Assembly: GCA_013265495.1 (NCBI GenBank)
Contig: MU058650.1
Span: 1,333,290 to 1,397,289, forward strand
Length of the DNA: 64,000 nt
Origin: Vicugna vicugna
Taxonomy: Eukaryota
Direction of reading: 5' to 3'
Below the pieces are notes generated by a model. It searched no databases and was not told the origin of the DNA. It saw only the letters and a program-made list of their open reading frames with translations. Shown piece after piece: positions 58,201 through 64,000 of this stretch (positions are counted from its first letter, which is position 1; every line of letters begins with the position of its first letter). A program made the translations under genes and the position numbers.

Positions 58201-61200
58201 CACTGTACGTATTGCTGCTTATTGCACAAAAATACACCCACTAATGAATCTTAAAGTATGAAATACTAAGAAGCCCATGCCAGGTTGCTGTGTGATGCAG
58301 GGAAGTGTTTCACTGACATTGGGAGGAGTTGGTCAGAAGTATTAGATGGGTTAGGAATGTTTTATTAATTTTACCATTTAAATAATTCAATTTTAAGATA
58401 TGTAAGTCAAGTCATACTATATGCCTTAAACTTACACAGTAATGTACGTCAGTTTTCAGTAAAATTGGAAAAAACAACTGAAATTCTGACTAATCACACG
58501 AAAATTCACTAACACATTTTCAGGAATAGATTACACTTGGATAATGAAGGAAATCTATAGCTTACCTTATTATTTTAAGTTATTTTGTACATCTAATCTG
58601 TTAGTATTGGTTTTAAAATGAAACTGGATACTATCAGTTTTATCTGTAAGTATATGCAGTATACACAGATACACACACCCCTATGCGTACCGGAAGTCCC
58701 AGGAGTTCATCAATTGAAGTCTCTGGTTCAGTAGGGTTGCTATCTGTTTGCTTAGGTACTTGAGCAATATTGCTGTCACTGGAATGTAGAAAAAAAAATT
58801 TTTAGCATTTCTCAATTAAGCAAAAACAATCAGGCATTTTAAACACAAACCGCTTACCTAGTCAAAAATTTATTAATGTTTTCTGCAAGCTTTTCTTGAA
58901 GAGATTTGTTACTTAATATTTTTTCTCGTGCATTTTCAATAACCATTTGCTGGAAAAGAAAGTTAACATTAGCAAAAGAACAGAATAGAGTATTACGTTA
59001 TTTATTTAAAAAGAATCAACGGAAGCTGGATAGTTTTAATAAATCTAGGTGGAAACTCAAAAGTTATGGTGCTTCCCCCCATAGTAACACCTGACTACTA
59101 CACATTAACCATTTACAAGTGTTTTCACAGCTCCTTCACCATCTCTTTTATCACTGATTACCAAGTACAGCTCCAAACTCTAGCTTTTCATGCAAGGTTT
59201 TTAATAACCTGACTCCAGTAAAAAAGCCCTATTACATTGCATAATCCAGCAACAATGTATTTTCAGCTTCCTAAACTTTTCCTACTGCTGTTTCTTTCTT
59301 GGTGCCTTTGCACTTGCTACTATTCTGAATGGACTGTCTCCTACTGTTAAATTTTGCTACTGTCTGTCCAAAGGCAATTCTACTGCAGCCTTAGAGAAAT
59401 CCTGTATTTTACACATGTACACATACTATAAACAAACACATACTTGTATATATACATCAATATTTACAATCTCAGGAATACTTTCAGTTGCAAAGTTTGG
59501 GAAGGCCACTTACTTTTTCTACTGCAAATGAATTTGGATCCTGGAAATTCCGTATCGTTGAATGAGGCCCAGACAAAGTGATACTTTTCCTTTGAGATTC
59601 ACTGGAACACATTTAAAAGCTTGTCTTTTAACTAGTATGAATAACAAATTGAATAACTACATACAGAGACAAATCTTAAGATCATGGTGGAACAGGTATT
59701 TTCTCTATTTGTGGTAAAAACAAAGGGCAGTAAAGTTGAAAAGCAATAATAAATTTGAATGAAGAAATAAATTTGATATGAAAACGAATATATGAATATA
59801 TATGCATGACTGGGATATTGTGCTGTACACCAGTAATTAACACATTTTAACTGACTGTACTTCAATTAAAAAAAATAAAAGAATTTGAGGTCTAGCTTTA
59901 TAACTTTCTAGCTATGTGTATAATCTGTTGTAAGGTAAGCTCCGACCCTCTGAACCATTTTATAATAGGATAAAACCAACTGCATTATTGCGTTTATAAA
60001 AGAATTTAACAAAAACAAAGTACACATTAAGGCTTTATAAACATGTCAAGGTTCCCATAAATGTTAGATATTGTTACAGCAGTTTTATTATTTTATGTCA
60101 TTGAGAAATCTTGCCATAAAGAAGGCAGTCATCCTTGAACGAGAGATAACCAACAGTAAAAATTTCAACATAAATACCCATGGCATAGCAGTTGAGAAAT
60201 CAGAAAACAGATTTTAAACTATCACCTCTTTTTTTCTGAAATATTCTTCAGACACATGAGCTAAATAGGACATGCAAAACTTTTCTCAAAGAATGTCCCT
60301 GAAAAGATTTTGATCAATTGATTTAGGAGCTTTACATATTTGTTTGTAGACCCTAAAACATACTAGTATTATTTATATTTGTTTAAAAAAAATGCTTACT
60401 TCAAGAATATCTAAGTTAACATCAATTTTAAGATATGCCTCTCTATAACTGTATAGAAAAGACATTTCCAGTGAAACAGGGATATGTCACTAATTATAAA
60501 GTGCAACCTGATTTCAGGAAGGTTAGAATGTGAGAAAAAATGTGTTTTGAAATGGATATAATAATAAATAGTCTCAAGAACTTAATCTAATCTTGCTATT
60601 TTATTCACTATGTATATATCCTGATGTCATTATTATTATTATTATTTTAAGGTTACTGGAAACTTGTCCTTTTAAAAAGCATTTACCTTTTGCGTCTACC
60701 AGGAGACATTAAGCTGGCATGAGTTTTCTTTTCCTGAGGACCAGGAATGACATTTAAAGCCTCTCCAGCTGTGTTTCAAGAAAACAAAGCAGGTCGTCAA
60801 GGAAATTGAAGTTTCCTAAACTTGAATTAATGAAATAAGTAGCACTACACAATTATTTTTATATTAAATTCAGTTAGTATACACTGAGTACCTACTACGT
60901 GCAAAGCACTGAAGAAGATACTAAGATGAATAAAATATAGTCCCCATGACTTAAGATTTAATGATAAAATACAAAGTACTGTATATAGAATAGTCTCAAC
61001 AAAAAAATGACATGGCAGAATGGAAGAATTATAAGAAGTATAAACTAAGTGCATTGGCTATGTGTTTTTACTCAGAAATGTTAAAGAAGTTGGAGAAAAA
61101 ACTGGAAATGAAGGAAAATGTAATGGATGGCAATACATTTTACCTGCACAGAAGAGAAAAAAGACTGGTCTAAGAACTAAGAGAGGTGGCACCTCAGTCC

Positions 61201-62541
61201 TAATTCCAACTCTTGTTATTAATCAGCCTTCTGCCCCTTCATATTATGTGTTTTTAATAATTTCAAGTACACAAGAAGGAAGTAGTACCAGATGATCTCT
61301 AAATTTGTCCCTAGCTCTAAGTGCAGCCAGGAATATGTAGGATATTCAGCATGTAGAGATGGAGGTTAACTGGAAAAACATCCGTCATTTCAGGACAGAC
61401 TAACGTGAACAAAGATAAGAAGGTGGTGAAATATAAGTGCATTCCTTTTAAAATCAAATAACGTGGTCTTTTCTGTTAATGAAGAAAACTGAGAATTAGA
61501 AAAGAGTTCAAGGTTGGACCTCAGTTAGAAGAGATAGAAGATTTGCAAATGTTAGCCACTACATATAAAAACAGATTAAAAACAACAAGTTTCTTTCTGT
61601 ATAGCACAGGGATTTACCTCAAGTCTTACTTCTAGCCTCCTGTCTATTTTTTGCTATAATTTAATATGACTATAAAGACATTAGCACATCATCTCATTTA
61701 TACAATATGATTAAAAATAAAATTTAAGAAAGCAAAATTTACACTTACTGGTCACAGTGTCTTGTGACTGTGAATGGTTGACCACTACAAAATTAGACCT
61801 CAAAGGAGCTGAAATTTGGCCAGTCGGCCGAGTAACTTGCGCAGCTGTCAAAGGAGAAGTAGTAAACTGTCCTGAAAGATACGGTAAAGTCAGCACCTCT
61901 GAACTGACAGGAGCTGACTGAGACGCAAGCCTTCTCTGCCATTTAATTTCTGCAATTCCGTTTCTTGTTCGGGCTGAAACAAATGAGCATTTAAAAAATT
62001 AAGTCAGTATCAGAGTAGTTTGGAAACGTTAAGAAGTCTACATGACACATGTTCTACTGCGTATTTAACACAATGGATCTACAGATCGAAAAACAGCCCT
62101 TAAGAATATCAAACAAAGTTTATGTGATCATTTCATAAGAAACAAACTGAGTACACTTAAACTTTAGAAATCTAAGAGCACATTTCTTCTGTAATAACAC
62201 ACTGGTAATACCTCCACAAACTACGAAACAAACTTATGGACTAGGAATTAAAAGGTGTGAATATATGAGAGCCAATGACAAAAATAAGGAGTGTTTAAAA
62301 TGTGTATTTTTATAATAAATGAAAATATTACTTCCTAATATGCTTGATAACAGTACTTAAGAAAAGCAGTTTAAACAAAACATATACATATATATGTGTA
62401 TATATATGTATAAAAAACACACATGTATTATTAATTAAAATGTTCATCTGAGTTTAAAGTAATTCTTAACATTATATATAGTTTAAAGTTTAATACCAAC
62501 CTCTCTGATTGGCAGCAAACCCTGAAGAACTTTGCATGCTC
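43088..62541 (-). CDS. NPAT: NPAT (nuclear protein, coactivator of histone transcription), partial: coding exons 5-18; 5' exons beyond window end
   Basis: Fourteen exons splice in frame and end in KKKLPSSFPAGMDVDKFLLSLHYDE*. They contain the DLFD motif, RRVLCFD and low-complexity Ser-rich large exons. Exon numbering follows the human gene from recall. Confidence 0.96.
43171..43260. repeat. A49 homopolymer plus purine tract (polypyrimidine tract of the NPAT last intron)
   Basis: A run 43171-43219 counted directly. Confidence 0.95.
44359..45520 (-). CDS. NPAT: NPAT exon 17 (1162 nt; TEVSDK...PMKKKKIK), ends at a GC donor
   Basis: Within the 443-aa ORF 44230..45561; tgtag| acceptor; donor AAG|gcaagt. 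Confidence 0.94.
45629..45689 (-). CDS. NPAT: NPAT exon 16 (KQVNNLVDSSSQLVGCHAQ)
   Basis: tccag| and |gtgagc; 61 nt restores phase between exons 15 and 17. Confidence 0.92.
46140..47450 (-). mobile_element. L2 LINE fragments in NPAT intron 15
   Basis: GA-rich antisense-L2-like sequence (ggaggccacaggtgacttta...agttttagtgg). Confidence 0.55.
48008..48116 (-). CDS. NPAT: NPAT exon 15 (VLHMPLAAPVCNRSIPQFPIPPKSQKTQGLRSKPCT)
   Basis: tctag| and |gtgtgt; 109 nt. Confidence 0.94.
48191..48306 (-). CDS. NPAT: NPAT exon 14 (SAIIIASPVQPVLQGMVGMIPVSVVGQNGNTFSAPPRQ)
   Basis: tttag| and |gtaaga; 116 nt. Confidence 0.95.
49044..49171 (-). mobile_element. Vic-1-like SINE
   Basis: TSD cctttaatcttat at 49031-49043 and 49173-49185. 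Confidence 0.92.
49908..51581 (-). CDS. NPAT: NPAT exon 13 (large Ser-rich exon, 1674 nt)
   Basis: Matches the 556-aa ORF 49849..51519 extended to the tgcag| acceptor; donor |gtaact. Confidence 0.96.
52028..52300 (-). mobile_element. L2 3' end
   Basis: cattcaacacatatttattga...gtctctgcccttggagagatcagtctagt. Confidence 0.7.
53638..53766 (-). CDS. NPAT: NPAT exon 12 (KTKNNKNTSQG...KGSFETEES)
   Basis: aacag| and |gtaaga; 129 nt. Confidence 0.93.
53943..54060. mobile_element. MER5A-like hAT MITE, internally deleted
   Basis: TIRs cagtagctcttaaact / ctttgagaactactg. Confidence 0.7.
54400..54496 (-). CDS. NPAT: NPAT exon 11 (SEIHMSEEAIQDILEQTESDPAFQALFDLFDY), DLFD transactivation motif
   Basis: tgcag| and |gtgagt; 97 nt. 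Confidence 0.95.
54795..55360 (-). mobile_element. Old L1 3' end, interrupted by a Tigger2-derived MITE at 54999-55213
   Basis: L1-like flanks complementary to 29610-29820 and 58400-58470; MITE TIRs tagttgactcttgaac / gttcaagggtcagctg. Confidence 0.75.
58691..58778 (-). CDS. NPAT: NPAT exon 10 (DSNIAQVPKQTDSNPTEPETSIDELLGLP)
   Basis: tccag| and |gtacgc; 88 nt. Confidence 0.93.
58858..58949 (-). CDS. NPAT: NPAT exon 9 (QMVIENAREKILSNKSLQEKLAENINKFLT)
   Basis: tccag| and |gtaagc; 92 nt. Confidence 0.94.
59514..59601 (-). CDS. NPAT: NPAT exon 8 (ESQRKSITLSGPHSTIRNFQDPNSFAVEK)
   Basis: tccag| and |gtaagt; 88 nt. Confidence 0.93.
59776..59880 (+). mobile_element. Short L1 3' terminus with A tail
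   Basis: tgcatgactggga..tgtgctgtacaccag..actgactgtacttcaattaaaaaaa is similar to 36825-36925. Confidence 0.75.
60687..60768 (-). CDS. NPAT: NPAT exon 7 (GEALNVIPGPQEKKTHASLMSPGRRK)
   Basis: cacag| and |gtaaat; 82 nt. Confidence 0.93.
61749..61973 (-). CDS. NPAT: NPAT exon 6 (RTRNGIAEIKWQRRLASQ...HSQSQDTVT)
   Basis: ttcag| and |gtaagt; 225 nt. Confidence 0.94.
62501..62541 (-). CDS. NPAT: NPAT exon 5 (SMQSSSGFAANQR)
   Basis: atcag| and |gttggt; 41 nt. Confidence 0.9.
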
Positions 62542-64000
62542 CTGATAAACAAAAGTAGTTAAACATTAAAAAAAAACTGCTGCTGCAGAGATACATTTTA
62601 ATTTGTAACAGTCAGACCTGAAGTAAATGATGAGTTAAAAGGCAAGAAATCCCCCTCAGACAAAAAAGATAAGCACTTTTTCTGGGTAACCAAATCTTAT
62701 TTGCTTTAGGAGAAAAACAGCACGGCATGTAAACATACACACACACACACGCACAATTTTAATAATCAAGTTTCTATCCAATGCAATAAGCATTAGAGAG
62801 CCCTGATACCCCATTAAGAATACAAGTTGACTTGAATTTAGGAACTCAATATATTTAAGAAAGCTATAAATTAAATTTTGCAATTATTATCCTTTATAAC
62901 TATATAAATGCCTTCCTAGAGAAATTCTGATTTTATATATAACTCCATACATAAATACTTCAGAATCCAAGTTGATTTCAAAGGACATCCCGAGTTTATG
63001 AAATTTATGACTGAAATTATTTCATCCAACCTGTGAAGAAGGAACAAAGTGAACAAGAGAAAAATCACAATACAGGTTGTTTCTCCTTTTACTATGAACT
63101 TACCCATGTATTTTGTAAACAGTCAGGCACTGTGCCATTGTCCTAGGAAATCTGTCAAGTAAGTCTCTACCAATAAGAGCCACGAAACTTACTGAATTGA
63201 ATAAGCATTTTTATTAACATACAAACCAATCTTGGAGAATACGTGGCTAACAGCCTTCTTTTTTTAATGTAATACCTTGTCAATAAAATAGTGCAATAAC
63301 TTATAACTATTCACAGGTGTTAATTAAATTTTGTATTTGAAGATTGTTTGCAAGGGGAAGAAAGACAAGGGTCAGGAGAGGGGGAAAAAAGGTAAGATTA
63401 CCAAATTAAGATGTGGTACACAGTTAGACAGAAAGCATTTGGAGCCATTTTAGCAGTTTAAACTGAGGAAGGAAATGAGGCTCCTGCTGAATTTAAGTGA
63501 GGTATTGACTTGAAGCTGTGGGACAAAGGATAAGAAACTATGGTTTTTGTACTAGACTCTACAGTTAAATAGGATATGTTATAAAATTGATACCTATTCT
63601 AAGGATGCTGAAACTGGCATTCCAAGGCCATGCCATAGGTAGAGGGTACATATCAATCTCATGCGAAAGTTCTAAGAGTAGAAGATTCCAGAAGTATTAT
63701 TATTCAATCTTGTTTCTTTACGAGGGAAGAACCACGGCAGCATGGATTCCATGCAAGAATTTTCTCTATGTGGAATGAAGATGCACCTGTGCAAGAGAAC
63801 TCACATGGGTCAGGGCTTAGGAGATCTATATTCACACAAGACTGGGACTAGATTTGTATTTAGCCAGAGATCTGCCTCTGAATTGTTATGGGAACCTGGG
63901 AGTGTCATTAAACCTCTATAGGTCTCAATTTCTGCACTTCTAAACATTTGATTAAAGTAAACAATTTATCTAAGATTATTCCAATCAAAGGCAAAGAAAT

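Overview
Mammalian genomic DNA with two convergent protein-coding genes, in the same order as the human ACAT1-NPAT(-ATM) locus. The + strand carries a complete, intact 12-exon mitochondrial acetoacetyl-CoA thiolase gene (ACAT1/T2; CDS 7208..24677, 1290 nt, 429 aa) with a CpG-island promoter. The - strand carries NPAT coding exons 5-18 (62541..43088); exons 1-4 lie beyond the right edge. All exon phases join without frameshift. Eight tRNA-derived SINEs resembling the camelid Vic-1 family suggest camel, alpaca or llama (inference from recall). The ~14 kb between the genes is almost all nested transposons: old L1s, Tigger elements and a decayed 7.1 kb full-length L1. I found no credible novel multi-gene system. 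The points worth checking are small-scale. NPAT appears to have lost a CDK2 site and has a GC-AG last intron with a T49 acceptor tract. ACAT1 has an overlapping uORF, a solo LTR just upstream, a tail-only retroposition scar 9 nt from a splice donor, and a 61-bp duplication at a 3' end lacking AATAAA. Comparisons to human proteins and repeat-family names are from memory and need alignment to confirm.
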